DNA from: the human T2T-CHM13v2.0 reference genome, Homo sapiens
Assembly (NCBI RefSeq): GCF_009914755.1
Contig: NC_060928.1
Direction: 5' to 3' (one strand)
DNA length: 64,000 nt
The notes below the pieces were generated by a model. The model saw nothing but the letters and a program-made list of their open reading frames with translations, searched no databases and had not been told where the DNA came from. This document shows positions 34,148-58,635 of this stretch, one piece after another; the stretch's first letter is position 1; each line of letters starts with the position of its first letter. The position numbers and the translations under genes are program-made.

Positions 34148-36390
34148 CCCTATTCAACAGAGAAAGAATCTCATGGTCAGAGCCGTCAGCAATCATTAGT
34201 ATCTAACTAGAATTTAGTAACTTTTTGCTTTCATTGGATTTATTTTTATACTTAACCTTTATTTAGAAAGCTACACTCTTTCTGCTCTTGTAATGATGTA
34301 AAATTTATTTTTTCTTAATTTAAGCAAAAAAGCTGATTTGTAGAAAGATAGTGATACATTAAAAGGCTAAAACTTTCACAGTGTTAGATTAATGCTTGAA
34401 GTTTGGGAGACACTATGCTATTTATAAAAATCATCACGGGAGGAAATTCCAGATCTTCCCACTTTGTCTTTCATGATCTGAAAACTTGTTGGGAACTACT
34501 GGGTATCAAGGAGGCTAAGTCCCTGGGCCACTTCTTGGTTCTATTTTTATTCTCATAGTTTCCACAAATTTGACTTTCTTTGAAGTTATTTTGCTCTCCC
34601 TCCTCTTCTATATCTGGAATCCTCTTGTCCCAGGAATAAAACTGAACACCATTTCCAAGTATTTCTCTCAAGTTACTATTTATAAAGTAAGTACTGTATA
34701 CAAACCCAGTTTCCTTGTTAGAGATGTTTTGCTTTGTTGGATTAATCATGGTAGAACAGAGAGTAGTTAAAAAATGACGATCAATAATCAGGACAGATTT
34801 GGAGCCAGGAAATACTTTGAGCAACAACACAGTAGTTGTTCCCCTGGTTTCTCACTGAAGAGTGAATGGGGATGGCTCCACTCCATACTTTGAATTTCTT
34901 CTTGAATTTTCCCAGCCCTAGCCCAATTTTTGCCTTAGATTCTAAGGCGTAGGATAAATCGGGCCAAACCAAATCAAGAGTCATTGCTTGCAAAGCCATT
35001 TAGACTTTATCTGAAGTAGTTAGAGCAGAATCCCCTGGGATAACCAGTTCAGTCCAAAGCCTACTTGGTTATCTGTTTTTTTCCCTGGAGGAGGAATGCA
35101 CTGTCTTTTCTGGCTCTCCTGGACCAGAAGCACTGGTTTCCCTTTGCCTCTTTGGAAGGACTTAGAGCTTAGAGGTCCAGCCTTTTCCCTACCCTTTTCT
35201 CCTGCTGATTTTGCCCTCAGCATAGCCAAGAAGCCCAAAGTTATGACTAATTCTATCTTTAGGTGGACCTGGACATCTCATCAGCGTCACTTCAAGGTTC
35301 ACTGATCCTAAAGGACTGTTTCTTGTTGGAAGGTCATCTCAGGGTGGGTATCTATTTGTGACCAGAGCTGATATGGAGTCCAGCCTTTCTGAGTTACTAG
35401 CCCTGGGCTCCTTAAAATCTCCATTCACTTCCTCTTCCCTTCCTTACAGGAGAGGACTTACAGATGACAGTCTCTAGAGTCTTGCCGTCTTTTGCCAGAA
35501 TACATTTTTTAAAATTGTGAAAATAGCAACTATAATTTCACCAAGGACCATTCCTTTACGTTATTACTGAATTTAGAAAATTCTATCTCATCTAATCTGA
35601 GCACCTTGATCCCTTTAGAGTAAAGTCATTTTATAAAATCTAAAAAGTAGATCCAAGTAATAAATTGATTTTCTTGCAATTTAAATACATTTCCTCTGAT
35701 TCTACCTTCACTGGAAGGGGAGAATAGCTGCTGACCTCACTCCTTTTCATGTGCTGAAAGACCATTATTAAGCATCTTTCATCTTCTGGATTTTGAGGCT
35801 AGGGAGCACTAATTCTTCAGCTTTTTTTCTCCAACCATTTAGAAATTTTGGTTCTCTTTAGACAAAAATTTTTAATATTATTTCTAAACCTGGAGTCTAG
35901 ATGTATATCTAGTATACTAATAATGGTTTCTTTGGTGCTGGTTAAGACAGAAGAATTGCTTCTTAGTTCTTGTGAATGCACTCCTATTTGCTTAATGCTG
36001 AATTATTCAGTTCCTGTTCCAAAATTAACCTGCCACAAGGCACAGGTAAGCCTGATCATCGTGAATCTCGGTACCCTTTAGAAATATTAGCCTCTTCTCA
36101 TTCTACTGTGATTCTGTATTTTTTTTTTTTACATTTTATTAACTTTTTAATGTCATTTTGAATTCTGATTCTGAAATTTGGAAATTAAAACTAGTGACCT
36201 TAATGCATGTCTAAAAACTATGGAGAAAAAGAAAATTTACAAGAATAGTGATTTTTCAGGTATTGTGCAACTATAAGATTACAGTAATGTGGGCAACTGG
36301 CTTTTGTAATAAGTGGAAAAAAAAGAGACAGTAAACATATTCCTGTTTTCTTACAAGTGTAACCATCATGGACAATAGCAGAAAGCACTA

Positions 36391-38040
<1,650 letters not shown>

Positions 38041-39164
38041 TCCCCCATCCTTTAATTTTTATGATGTTTGTTTTATAATGAATATGATATTCTTTTCCAG
38101 TTGAATGTATTAGCTGTGCTAATGGATAAATCCCAGATTCTCCATGGTTTAACACAGTGGAAGTTCATGTCTTGCTCAAGTCTGGTCCTATGTGGGAGCT
38201 CCTGGGTGTGGGCCTCCTCTGCTGCAGGAGGATGTGTGCATATTTTTATGGGGCTGTGCAACTGTTAGAGCTATGCAATCAGAAAAGTTTGGAGACTAGT
38301 GTTGAAGGAACTGCCACATTTGGAGCTGCCAGGCCACAGTTTGATTCTTTTTCCCACCCCCAAATAACATAAACTTTGTAGTATACTTATTGACTGAGAC
38401 AAGGCCCAAATAGCACTTAGTTTGGGCCATCCTTACTGCTCCTGGTTACCAGATCCAGGTGGGAATGTGCAGTAGTCCTGAGCCCCCAGGGCCCAGGCTC
38501 CATGGTACTGGGATGAACAACAAGGGGTCTCAGCAGCTTTAACTACTCAATCTCCACAGTGCCCACCAGACTCTTTCCAGTTCTTCTGGGTCTTACCCAG
38601 TTTTAGCACTTAAAGCTCCATGTCCCCCTAAATTCCTCAGTCCCAGGCAAACCAAGATAGCGTTCATGGGAAGCTTCAATATCAAAGGAGCAGGGGATTG
38701 TTCAAAGAGGGCTCTCGCCAGGGAATGAGTATACACAGCCTGTTTTCCCATGGACAGCCTGTTTTTCCAGTATGGACATGCAGAGAGGAGACAGTGGTCA
38801 TAATCAACTCTACCCCCTGTTCTCACAGGAAGGGAAGATTGACAGCTACTGCAGGCTGTTTGCTGTTCCATTTGGGAAATTTTCCTGAGGATCCCCTGTA
38901 ATAAGAGGATAGAATATATCTGCCTTCATGACTTAAAAGAGGCTATAAATTATTTTCATGTCAATGAAACTGTAATTAGCCACTGACAGGATTGTCAAGA
39001 AGTAATTTTCAGAGTTTGGTCCCCTTGAGTTAAACATGCCTGCTGACAGCTTACTGAGGACGTGTTATTGTGGGACACCATCCAGGCCTGGAGGGACCCA
39101 GAATCAGGCAGAAGGACATGGTCACATGGTGGAGGGGCTGGAGGAGGTGACAATTAGCAGGTAG

Positions 39165-39601
<437 letters not shown>

Positions 39602-40737
39602 AATTATTTTCAATCTCTGAGAGATGATAGCAAGAAATGGGCAAAGTCTCATTTCCAAGGGACTAAGGCTTGAGGCAGGTCAGCAAAAGAGGGACCAGGG
39701 TGAAAGTACAATGAGCACAGCTGGGACGTGAGGTTGGGGTGAGCTCAGCAGTGACCAGCCACTTGTAGGGGACAAAGGGCCTATTTCTTGAGAAAGAAAG
39801 GTACAGAGATATGGTGCTGAGCTGCTCCAGTACTCCAGGTGTTGCCATCCTGTGAGCACAAACGCAGCTGCAATCACATCCTTGCCTAAATCTCAGTGGC
39901 TTCCAGCCACCTGCTGCTCACCCAGGATCCCAGCACCCCGGTTCCCCATCTTCCCAATTCCTTCTGGGAATACAGGGGATGTGCCCAGGGACACAGCTCC
40001 TGCTGGCAAGCAGCTGAAGCAAGGGGCTATGCCACTGTCCTGCTCCCCAGTCCTCTGTGAGTACAATACCCTCCCCAGGTTCTGGAGTGCCTTCCACCAC
40101 CACCAGGAGCTGCTCTGGGTCTGTGGCAGAGGGAGATTAAGGGTGTGACTCTCCCCGACTTTGTCTCTTCTGTCATCTGAGGCATGGCACCACTTGTATC
40201 TGGAATCTCACCAAGTTTTTCATGAGGACGATCCGTCAGCATCTGTTCTGGTCTCTGGTTTCCCATTAGGTGTGAAACTAGTTCCCTAGCTTGTGAGGGC
40301 AGCAGGGGAACTCCAAAACATCCCCTCTATTTTTATTTCCTTTCTCCTTGCTCAAAGGCCTTCTTCCTCTTTCAGATAAGAGACACAAAAGCACACATGC
40401 CTATCAATTTATGTGGACAGACACCCAAAGGGCTTCTGCCCTCTGCAGTGCAGTTTGGACTTAGGACATTCTTACACAATATTATCTCTTTGTCCCCAGA
40501 TGCCAAGCCAAGGCCACTAGAAAAACCTCTAAATAATTAGACTTTTATGAAGGCTAACCTGGGCTATTTTTGAAGGTGCTTTTAAAACAATCTTATCACA
40601 CCTAATTTTGAATAAAGATATGTTGTGGAAAAACTTGATGCTTACATTTGGAATAATTTAAGGTGTATTACAAAACAATAAATGATGGGACAATTGTGTT
40701 ATGTTTCCAAAAAAGTTCATATAAAATTTCAGTGAGT

Positions 40738-41081
<344 letters not shown>

Positions 41082-42799
41082 TTACCTCGTGGGAAACAGG
41101 CCTATGGATTTAGCCAAGGAAAAAGAAACGTGGGAATGCTGTTTATTCCTTGCATAGCCGTAATATAAAGTATGAATTTTATCAAGTATCTTTTCACTCA
41201 ACCTATCATAGCCACTCAAAAAGATGTTAATGGAAAGACAACCATCAGAAGCAAAATCATGCCAAGAACGAGAAGCAGCAGGAGGAAAAACTTTGGTTAC
41301 TTCTGTGAGTTCTAGAAAGTTGTAGTTACGGTTTGCAAGAGTATCAGTGTTAGGCTTTAGACAAGACATTCCTTGGGTCACCAGTGGCCTTTTGGGTGGT
41401 AATGGCCACAGTCCAAAAAGGAAGAAGAAAGCAATTTTGCATTCATATTATCCATTTCCAATTTTTTAGGGGACTGATGGTCACTCTCCTGGCCCTTAGA
41501 GATGTGTGTGGGTAACCTCGCTGGTGTCTTTGCTGGTGGGGTTAAAATTTTCCATACGTGCTTCAGGACTCTACCTCAGCCATGTCTTTCTGTGAGCATT
41601 GAGCTTGTTAATGATGCATGTTTCTTACCCAGCTTTAAAAGATGATTGAGTTATTACTGGGGAGTTATTATTGGGGAGTTTTTTCCCATGTAGTTGAGGC
41701 ATAAGTTGATAAGGTTGAGCTGACCTAGACGCAGTTTTCTGTGGGATTATGGAGAATGAGGGAAGAATTACGCTTTGTAATTATGCTTTTTTTTTTTTTT
41801 AAATTCAGAGAAAAAAGATCACTTATGGTGACCCAGGCTAAAAGACCTAGGTCTTCAACAACCAGCGTCATCTATTTCTAGATCAATTGCCTTGTAATAT
41901 TAAGTATTTAAGCTTTGAGGCTTACTGAAGGAAAGATATGGGGTCATTTACAATCCTGTAGACTATGACCTTCCACCAGGATCTACTCAAGACCTCATCA
42001 CACATTATGTTAAATTCTTTCTGGTGGTGAAATTGTCAGCAAAGAGCTCGGCCAACCTAACCAAGATCACTTGGAGTTATACCTTAGGAGGGAGGATGAA
42101 TATAAGTCATCTTTTTCCCCTTTGTTAGATGCAGATGAATTAATTATAGTTCCCAGAGAACTATTCCCTTTTGCTTAAATTAGTGTCAGATTTTCCATCC
42201 ACGTCTTCTATGAATAGAGGCAATATGACTTGACATTAGGACAGAGCTTTGGAATCTAGAGATGGATGCTGTCTATCTTTGATTCTCTGCAATGCATGTC
42301 AGTCTGGGCTCTCAGGCCTTAGTTTCTTCCTCCATAAAATGGGAATGAAATATGCTCACTGATTTACTTCAGGAGATTTTAAGGGAATTATTTAAAGACC
42401 ATTTTGTAATGTTCTGGGTAACTCAAGTGGAAGGCAATGGATGTGAGGGAATTTTTAAAATAAGAAATCTCTTGAATATGAATTGAGTAATCTCTTAAGT
42501 TCTTTAGATAAGATATGGAGTGATCTTTAGGCTCAGGAGGCCTGTCTTTTGGGAAAGTGCTATAACTCACTTCTACTACCGGCAACTTAATACGTAAGAG
42601 AATATTCTTGGCCCTGCTCTGAGGTTTAAACAATGTTCAACCTTGAAAGATTGATTTTAAATGTAAAGGTCATTTAAACTCTTTTGTAAGTTCTTATATT
42701 TTGTTAAAATAGGCTGAACATTTACCTCTAGATGAAAAATCAATGCTTCAGTGTATACTTTTCTCATAAAATAACCTATGTCTTTATTTTTTTCTGCAG

Positions 42800-42870
42800 A
42801 CAAAACTGTGTGGAGTTTTATCCTATATTCATAATTACATTGTGGATGGCTGGGTGGTATTTCAACCAAG
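42800..42870 (+). CDS. MGST2: MGST2 coding exon 3 (QNCVEFYPIFIITLWMAGWYFNQ)
   Basis: Acceptor tttttttctgcag and donor GTAATG at 42871. 71 nt, frame continuous; completes the RAQQNCVE motif. Confidence 0.97.
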
Positions 42871-42920
42871 GTAATGTTAAAATACAGTCAACTGTGTTCT
42901 AATGATGACTGTGATGCTTA

Positions 42921-43262
<342 letters not shown>

Positions 43263-45218
43263 CTACCAATCCTGGAGACTAAACAAAATAAACAGTGTGT
43301 GCATCAGAGTGCTATGTTGCAGGTATATGAACTTTGGCTTCATTCTAATTTAATTCAATAATGAAAAAAATATTGAGACAAACTATATGCTAGATACTCA
43401 AGAATGAGAACGACATGAGCTTTGTCTTCAAATCTAATAATCTACAGTTGACTCGAACAATGGAGGGGTTGGGGTGCTGACCCCCCGCCCCACACACACA
43501 CAGTAGAAAATCTGCATGTAACTTGATAACCCAAAACTTGACTACTGATATCCTATTGGTCTGGAAGCCTTACTGAGTACAGTCTACTAATAAATATTTT
43601 GCATGTTTTATGTATCATATACTGTATTCTTGCAATAAAGCAAGCTAGGGAAAAGAAAATGTTATTAAAATTATAAGTAAGAACAAATATTTACTATTTA
43701 TTAAGTGGAAGTGGACCATCATAAAGGTCTTCATCCTCATCATTTTCACGTTGAGTAAGCTGAGGAAGAGGAAGAAGAGGGGTTGGTTTTGCTGCCTCAA
43801 GGGTGGCAGAGTCAGAAAAGGTGAAGGAGGTGGAAGCGGAGACAGAATTGGCAGGCGCAGTAGGTATAAATTTATAGAAATATCATTTCTGACGTTTTTG
43901 CTTTTTTTCTCTAAAAATGTTTCTATATAGTACCAATCCTTCTTCCACTGTTACGTTTAGTTTCAGTGCTTGTATCATAGAAGGGTCCATGTCATAAAAG
44001 AAGTAAAAAAGCAGACTTGAATCATCAGAACCCTTCTGCCAGATTGTCTAATGTCAATTTGTTTTCTGGTACTGCCTCTTCTGTCTTCTTCCTTATCATC
44101 TGGCAGTGGTTCAGAGCACTCGTCTCTACCAAGTCATCTTCTGTTAATTCATCTGGCGTGGTGTCTATTAGCTCTTGAATTTCTCCAAGATTCATATCTT
44201 GAGACCCTTCATCCCCCACATTCTTTGCCACAGCCACTATCTCTTTCATGATTTCCTTGATTGGCTCTGTTGTAAATCCTGTGAGTGTCATGCACAACGC
44301 CTGTACACAGTGTTCTTCAGCAAGAATTTATTGTTTCAGGTTTGACGGCTTTCACAACCTTCCTATAACAATGCTAGCATCTTCAATGGTGTAATCCTTC
44401 TAGGCATTCATAATGCTGTTTCTATCAGGGTTCTCTTCCACAACATTGACGATCATATCCATAGAGTACCTTGTATCATGAGCCTTAAAGGTCCTGATAA
44501 CCCCCTGATTTAGAGGCTGAATTAAAGATGTTGTGTTTGGGGGCAAGTAGACTACTTTTATGCCTTCCACGTTGAACTCATGGGGTTCTGGGTGGTCAGG
44601 GACAGTGTCCAATATCAAAAGAATGTTAGAAGGTAATCCCGTCCTGACTTCAGGGACAAAGCATTGATGGAACCAATCCAGAGAAGGGGTTCTTGTTGTC
44701 CAAGCTTTTTTTTTGTACAACCAAATGACTGGCAGGTGCTGTTTATCTTTTTCCTTAAGGCTCAGGGGGTTAGCAACTTTATAGATAAGGGCAGTCCTGA
44801 TTATAAACCTGACTGCATTTACACAAAACAGTAGAGTTAGCCTATCCCTTCCTGCCTTAAATCCTGGAGCTTGCTTCTCTTCTTTACTAATAAATGTCCT
44901 TTGTGACTTTTTTTTTCTCCCCCGGGACAGGGCACTTTTGTTTGCATTAAAAACCTGTTCAGGCAGATATCCTTTCTCCTCAATGATTTTCTTAATGGTG
45001 CCTGGGAACTCATGTATTGCTTCTTGGTTGGTAGAAGCTGCTTCTCCTGTTATCTTGATATTTTAAAAGCTAAACTTCTTTCTAAAATTATCAAACCATC
45101 CTTTGCTGGCATTAAATTCTTCAGCTTTAGATCCTTCATCTTCCTTTTGCTTAAAGTTGTCATACAAGGATTTTGCTTTTTCTCGAATCCTATTAGAGTC
45201 TACAAGTATGTGTTTCTT

Positions 45219-46238
<1,020 letters not shown>

Positions 46239-47364
46239 CAAGTATGTGTTTCTTATAGCAATCCTGCTCCCACATAAAAGCTGCATTTCAATATGAGATA
46301 AAAAGACATTTTGGAAAAAGTGCAAGGTTTTTCCCCCTGCTGGTGTAGCTGCAAGTGACAGCTTTACAAATCACTTTTTCTTTCTTTTTTCTTTTCTTAT
46401 CTTTTCCTTTCTTCTTTCTTCATCTTCTTTTTTTTTTTTCCACTGGTCCTTGCACTGAATTCATTTATCTTGCAATGGTGGTCAACCACAGCTCACAGCT
46501 GCAGACCTCAATCTATGACACATATTAAGCCATTCAATTTTTTCTTGTAATATCATAACTTTTCTCTGCTTTTTGGGAGCACTTTCAGCACCACTAGTAG
46601 CAATCTGTATGGGTATCATGGCATTATTCAAGGTTTATGGTATTGCACTAAACATTGATGAAAAATAGGCAAAAACCCTGAGAGATCACTTTTTACTGCG
46701 ATACGCAATTTTCTGGAAAGAAGAACTGCTCAGTTGGAGATAATTAGCATCACCTTTTAAGCAGATACTTGCAACACTTGAGCTCACTGCAATAGCAACA
46801 GGAGGTGGCTACAAAATATTTACAGTAGTACAGTATTTCTATAGTTAATTTTATGCAGTTATGATTTAATACTGCATCTTTACACTTGTTTACATTTCTC
46901 TCAACTACAAGTGGCATCATGCATTATGGTCTGTGTTTGTATGCTTTGATAAATTTTAACTTTGCATAAAATTCATATATATATCTATATAGTCTTTCTG
47001 CTGAAGCTTTGTAAAAATTTGCGTATATTTTATGATAGTAAATGATAAAATAGACCAGTATCTACATCTGTTTTGTGCATTTGTGACAGACCTTTTTCCT
47101 AATTTTTCAGTATTTCTGGGCTATGTGATTCATTTGTGAGTTTTGTCACATTGTCACAAATCTCCAAAATGTTTTCCAATATATTTATGTTTATTTTTGT
47201 AAAGCCACCTCCTGCACAATCCAATATATTTATTTGAAAATATCCATGCATAAATGGACCTGTGCAGTTCAAACCCATGTTGTTCAAGGGTCACCTATAA
47301 TTCTAATTAACTGAAGGAGGAGGACACAGAATGAAAAATTCACATTAATAATTATAGCTGGCGA

Positions 47365-48034
<670 letters not shown>

Positions 48035-49284
48035 CCAGGTACTGTTTTTAAGTTTTATGCATACATTGTCCCATGTGTAAGATTTACAGGATTTAAAGCC
48101 TTCATATGAGGGAGGGTCTATAATTAATTTATACTTTACAGATGAGGAAGCTGAGGTACAGAGATGTTAAGTAATTTTTCCAACTTGACATTCACCAATG
48201 TGGGGAAATTTTTCCTTTCAAGTGCAGAGCCGGGTCTGTAAGTATTTGTACCAACAACCCATGCACCTTTTCTTAAAGGTCTCCAAGTATGTAGTGCTGC
48301 CGTTTGTATGTAGCGACTCTACAAACATCCACTTTCTATTTGACTGGGGTATCCTTGGTGAGCTGAGGGCTTTCTCCAAACTTGGCTTATGCGTTTAACA
48401 GTGAGTCAGACCAGCCCCTGCTACCTTCGTTGGAGAAATTCAATCTCCTTTTTCTGGTAACTTTCACTGTCTCATTTTGGTCTATACTTGATTGCCAAGA
48501 TTTAAATAAACCAAAATCCAGCTGCTTTCAAAGGCAACCCCATCACTCTCTTTCTTTTAGTTTTTACTGTGAACTGAGTAATTTCAGGTACAATGTCCTT
48601 TAGAGAAAGACTTCTTCACTTTATTACAACTATACTTGTGTCGCTTAAGGGCATGAATGAAACCGCTGTTCCTTGTCACGTAAGAGCACGTTAACAACTA
48701 ATAAGAAAAGCGCCTTTTGGTAATGGGACTCTGTCTCTGCCATTTGACCCTTTGGATTTCTCTGTGATAGGCTGAATGAGGCAGACTGCCTGTCAGAAAG
48801 GATTGCTTGAGTATCTTGTCAGAAATTTCTTTTCATTCTTTCTCATCCAAAGTAAGTCACCTACTAACTGTTCCTGAACTGTTCTCATTGGCTTTCTGGG
48901 AGTAACTCCCTAGACAGGGAGTCTCAAAACTGAGAACCATGTTCAGAACTCTTTGGCTTCCTCAGACCCTGGGAAGGGTCCACCAGCTCTTCCTTCCCAG
49001 CTCTTTGCTTGGTCCGCTCGTTCCTGTCCTGTGGTGCCGATACAGATGTCATCCCCTCCAGAGGCCTTCCTATACCCCATTTTGGCAACCTCCTCCAGTT
49101 CCTCTCTCTCCCATCTCTCTTCATTTCTTTCACAGCACTTTCAAGTTTGCACTTTTCTTCTCATTTTTTTCTTTGTTGTCTGTCTTTGCTGAGAGAATGT
49201 ATACTCTCTGAAGTCAGGGAGCTTGTATCTTTTTCACTGCCGACCTCAATCCTTAAAGTAATACCTGGTTTATGGTAGATACGG

Positions 49285-51015
<1,731 letters not shown>

Positions 51016-51089
51016 AGTCGTCGTACAACATCTTAAGAGACTGCTGTTGTATTTTGTGCCTTTTCTTTTTTTTTCCCACCCCCCTATAG

Positions 51090-51171
51090 TTTTTGCTACT
51101 TGTCTGGGTCTGGTGTACATATATGGCCGTCACCTATACTTCTGGGGATATTCAGAAGCTGCTAAAAAACG
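51090..51171 (+). CDS. MGST2: MGST2 coding exon 4 (VFATCLGLVYIYGRHLYFWGYSEAAKKR)
   Basis: Pyrimidine tract ending cctatag and donor GTAAGG at 51172. 82 nt. The codon for Arg104 (CG|G) is split by intron 4. Confidence 0.97.
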
Positions 51172-51650
51172 GTAAGGAGAACCCAGTAATTTTGTATTTA
51201 TGCAAAAAGTAGCAGGATAAGGTCTGGGTCAGTTTCCTTCTCCTGAGAGATATTAACAGCACTGTGAGTTGTGGTGGCAAAAGTAATCCATACTGTCTGA
51301 GGTCAAGTCTTGCCAGTTCATACACAATTAGGCATGAGATGGGAAAATGCAAGTATAAAACTGTGCACTGAATGTGGACTCTAGTTCCTTGCAAAAATTT
51401 TGCATTGTCTCCAGAAAGTTACCGAGGAAATAATCCTGCCTAGCCTTGATAATGCTTTGAATGTTCAAAGAAACCAAGTGATCTCTATGGCTAGGCATTC
51501 CCTTTAACTTATGTGATGAGCTAAAATTTTCAAATTGCAAAAATATAGAAGTTCTGGACAGTGTTAACGATAGGACAGCCTACCTCAGGACTCTCAGCTT
51601 CCTTATTACAGTCCAGTTTGTCACTTTTCTCCCTCATGTCCACTCTGCAG

Positions 51651-51783
51651 GATCACCGGTTTCCGACTGAGTCTGGGGATTTTGGCCTTGTTGACCCTCC
51701 TAGGTGCCCTGGGAATTGCAAACAGCTTTCTGGATGAATATCTGGACCTCAATATTGCCAAGAAACTGAGGCGGCAATTCTAA
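51651..51783 (+). CDS. MGST2: MGST2 coding exon 5 (ITGFRLSLGILALLTLLGALGIANSFLDEYLDLNIAKKLRRQF*)
   Basis: Acceptor ccactctgcag and TAA at 51781-51783. The spliced CDS totals 444 nt = 147 aa plus stop. Confidence 0.97.
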
Positions 51784-51852
51784 CTTTTTCTCTTCCCTTT
51801 AATGCTTGCAGAAGCTGTTCCCACCATGAAGGTAATATGGTATCATTTGTTA

Positions 51853-51864
51853 AATAAAAATAAA
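51853..51864 (+). terminator. MGST2: Tandem AATAAA polyadenylation signals of MGST2
   Basis: AATAAA at 51853-51858 and 51859-51864, about 70 nt after the stop, followed by U/GU-rich sequence (tctgtttttcttg). Confidence 0.85.
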
Positions 51865-52276
51865 GTCTTTATTCTGTTTTTCTTGAAATGGCTTTGTAGA
51901 AACACACACTTTAGAGAATACATTTCCTGTTTAAGAACTGAAATTTGCTTGGGGTAGGTACATCCATATCATCAGTGGAAGTGTGTTGTGCCCTAGTTTT
52001 AGAAATGCATGCTGAAGTCATGACCGGTTGTGTAGGGACACAGCAGCCTGACCCGTGTGCTGGCCGTTCCGAGGACTACTGACATATCCTGCCACTCTGA
52101 CTGCTTCTCTCTTGATGGAAAGTTTCAGACAGAAGCTGATAAAGCAGCTGAGCCCTTTCATTGGTTATAGGAAAACAACAGATAGGAAGGCATGTGGGGG
52201 ACATCAGGCAAACACATAGAGTAGCCAGAGAAGGGAGTCATCAACTGATAGCACAAAACAAAACAGGTTATAGAAG

Positions 52277-53275
<999 letters not shown>

Positions 53276-54309
53276 AGAGGAAGAAGTAAAAAAAAGGATA
53301 CCATTTCAAGGAATTGCCCAGGGACAAGTGCGAAGAGAATATTCTTTCTCTTGGCTGAGGAAGGTGGGTCATGCTCACGGCTGTAGAACGTGGGTTGGGT
53401 TCTGCTGCATGCCCTGTGTCATGTGGGGTTTGGAGGGTGATACGGGAAGTACAGCGGAACCCCCAAAGCTGTTCTGACCCTGAAGTGCAGTTATTGTCTG
53501 GCAAAATGCAGATGACTTTTCCTCATTTTCTTCATCTGTAAAATGAGAACGATTCTACCTCACAGCTTTCAAATAAAAGGCAAAATGAATTATGAGCATA
53601 CATAACACATTTTGACGTCAGGAAAAGGGCTTGAGTCTGGTGTGGGCATCTTCAAAAATTGTTTAGTAGTACTTTTCTTTTTTTGTGGATACAATAGAAG
53701 TTAAAAAGGCCGGGAAAAATATTAATAGAAAAAGAAAGAGAGACACTTAAATACTAGTGTTCCCATAATACATAACCTCCTGCATCCCAAATAGCAGTAC
53801 AGTATTAAATACCCCAAAGCACACTGAGAATATACTGGCCTGGGAGTGGGCACATTTGCATACTAGCTCAGGTTCCCCTACTCATTGGTCATTTGAATTT
53901 GGACAAGGCACCCCATCAGTAGGAGGTTGTGAATCAAAGAAGTGAAGACTCCAGAACCAGACCACCCTATCCTGTCCTATCACTTGCTGGCTGTGCTACC
54001 CCAGCACTTTGTAGCTCTCTGCCTTGGTTTTCTTTTAGGTAAAATAGGGCAAATATGCTAAAAAGCTATGATTCTATGGTCTTTTTACTTAATATTCTTT
54101 TCAGTTATGATCGTGACTTGGATTGTGACATTTTAATTGTTTTATACATTGAGACCAATGAAGGATGAGAATGCAAATTTTTGATACTAAGGCATAATTA
54201 CTTCATAACCATGTCCTTTGCAAGTTGAAAAGAAACTTTCCAAATCTTACAACTGAAGATTTTTAAGCAATTTCTGTTTTGCACTTAAATTGGCTCTGGG
54301 CAGGGTAAA

Positions 54310-54337
54310 ACACACACATACACACACACACACACAC
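54310..54337 (+). repeat. (CA)n microsatellite
   Basis: Directly visible. Confidence 0.9.
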
Positions 54338-54665
54338 TTTGGTTAAACACGTGGAAATAAGCTATGGGTGTAGCAGACTATCAAGGCCTTGTCACTTTAA
54401 ACATTCAAACGATAGATTTTCCTTTGTTCTAATTGCATTGTCACCAGGCAACCTTTTGATTATTTTCATTCCTATTAGATTTGGCTACAGAGAGCAACCA
54501 TTTCTGGCCACAGAGATGTGGGTTTCTGATCGGTTTGACAATTACATGTACATTTTTTGTATATTACTAAATTGATCAATTTTATTTTTAGAAATCAGAT
54601 TCATTGCCTTAAAAAGTCAGTGTCAGGAAGTGGGGGATAGAGAAGAACTTTTCTGCATTAAGAGT

Positions 54666-56285
<1,620 letters not shown>

Positions 56286-56340
56286 TTAAGTGGCATAAAA
56301 ACCAAATGGCAATGTGAGATCCTTGATCAAATTCTGGTTA

Positions 56341-57012
<672 letters not shown>

Positions 57013-58635
57013 AGACAATGGAAACAATTTAAGCATGGAATACAGATAGATGATATTAGGGAATTAATGTTAATTGTGTTAGGTGTGATAATTATATCGT
57101 GGCTAGAGAAGAGAATGCCCTAATTCTCTGGAGCTGTGTCCTGAGGCATTAAGGGGTAAAGTGGTTGGATGTACTTTAAAATGGTTCTGCGAAATATATA
57201 TGTGAAGCATTTATGGCAAAGTGTTAATGATTACATCTAATTGGTAAGTGTATAGGTATTCGTTGTATTATTATTTCTACTTTCCTGGTTGTTTAAAAAT
57301 GTTTATAATAAAGAGTTAAAGGATCTGAAGAGAAGTTAAAACCTAAAATCAGATTCTTGGTAGCCCTGAAGATTTTCTGTGTTGAGCATTGTTAAGAGAT
57401 CCAGTGGTATTGATGGATCCACAGTCATCCATGCTGGCCTGGCAGCTGTCCTGGGTGTGGCACAGATGCCTGGGCCCCACATGTGTGAGAGCTGCAGTAA
57501 TTACCTCCACCTGTTGCATGAAATGAGGCAGGTGTCTGTGCCAGCTACTCCAGAGGACACTAGTGGAGGAATTTAATGTCCTTAGTACTTAAAAGAGAAT
57601 TGAGGACAAAATCGGATTTACAAAAAGAGGAAACAAATCAAAAAGAAAATTAAAAGGTAAAGACTGGTTACCCAAAGAGGTAGCTCTGTTCCATTTTCAG
57701 ATAATTTTTCTTGTTCCACTTTTCTTTTAGGGGTTGGAGGTGGGTGGGGTATGGCCAAAAAAGTCATTAATAAACAAAATCAGGTCATTTGAGGTTCACC
57801 CTTTTTCTCCAGACACAATCTTCCTTGAAAAGAATGGTCAGAGGCAGAAACAGCTCATTGAATGCTATGGAATGTTCCTTAATCACCAGTGAAATACGTC
57901 TTTCTCACTGGGGGCAGATGTCTAGTGACTTTCTAGAAAAATGTTTATTCTCTCCTCTTTCTTCCCCCATCACCATACTTACTGCACTAGGATTTTATAA
58001 AGGTCAGTAAGATTACATGTAAGAACTCATTTGAAAAGAGAAAGGTATTCCATTCATCCAGTGCCAAACGAGTATAAGTAAGAATATGTGGCTTGAATTG
58101 ATTGGAACTAGGAGTAATCAACACTTCTCAGAGCTTCACGTTTTTACTTCTAGTGTCAGCGTCCCCCTGTGCCCTCCCTCCACCCCGGAATCAGTTCATT
58201 TTCTCTCCCATGTTTTCTGGGAGAGTGCTAAGCCAATATCAAAAGAACAAAGCCCAATGCCATGCTGTTTCCTACATGGTGTTATTTGCCAACCTGTCTG
58301 GAACCATAGCCCACTAAGGGTAGCGATGGCCTCTTCTTCATAATTAAATTCTTTCTTTTGGTTTGTGTATATTAAAACTTACCTTTGTTTTGTGCCTAAA
58401 TTTGATGATGACTTTATTCTGTGGCCTACTTTTCCTCTTAACCCAGTTTTGAAACATGTTGTGATACTAAGCTTTTTAAAGTTTGATGAGGAGTCTTAGG
58501 TCATTTCCTAGAAGTGGAGAGGTGGATTCACATCTATGTGATTTATTAACAAAGGGCTCTCAATAGGGGAAAAAGAAAGAGAGTGGGGGTAACAGGACAG
58601 AGAAGGGGAACAAGCCAAAATAGGGGGCTCCTTTA

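Noticed and set aside
44025-44720. Transposase-like ORFs as a domesticated TIGD-type gene
   Set aside because: Fragmented by stops and frameshifts, interrupted by the retrocopy and bounded by TIRs: a fossil Tigger2.
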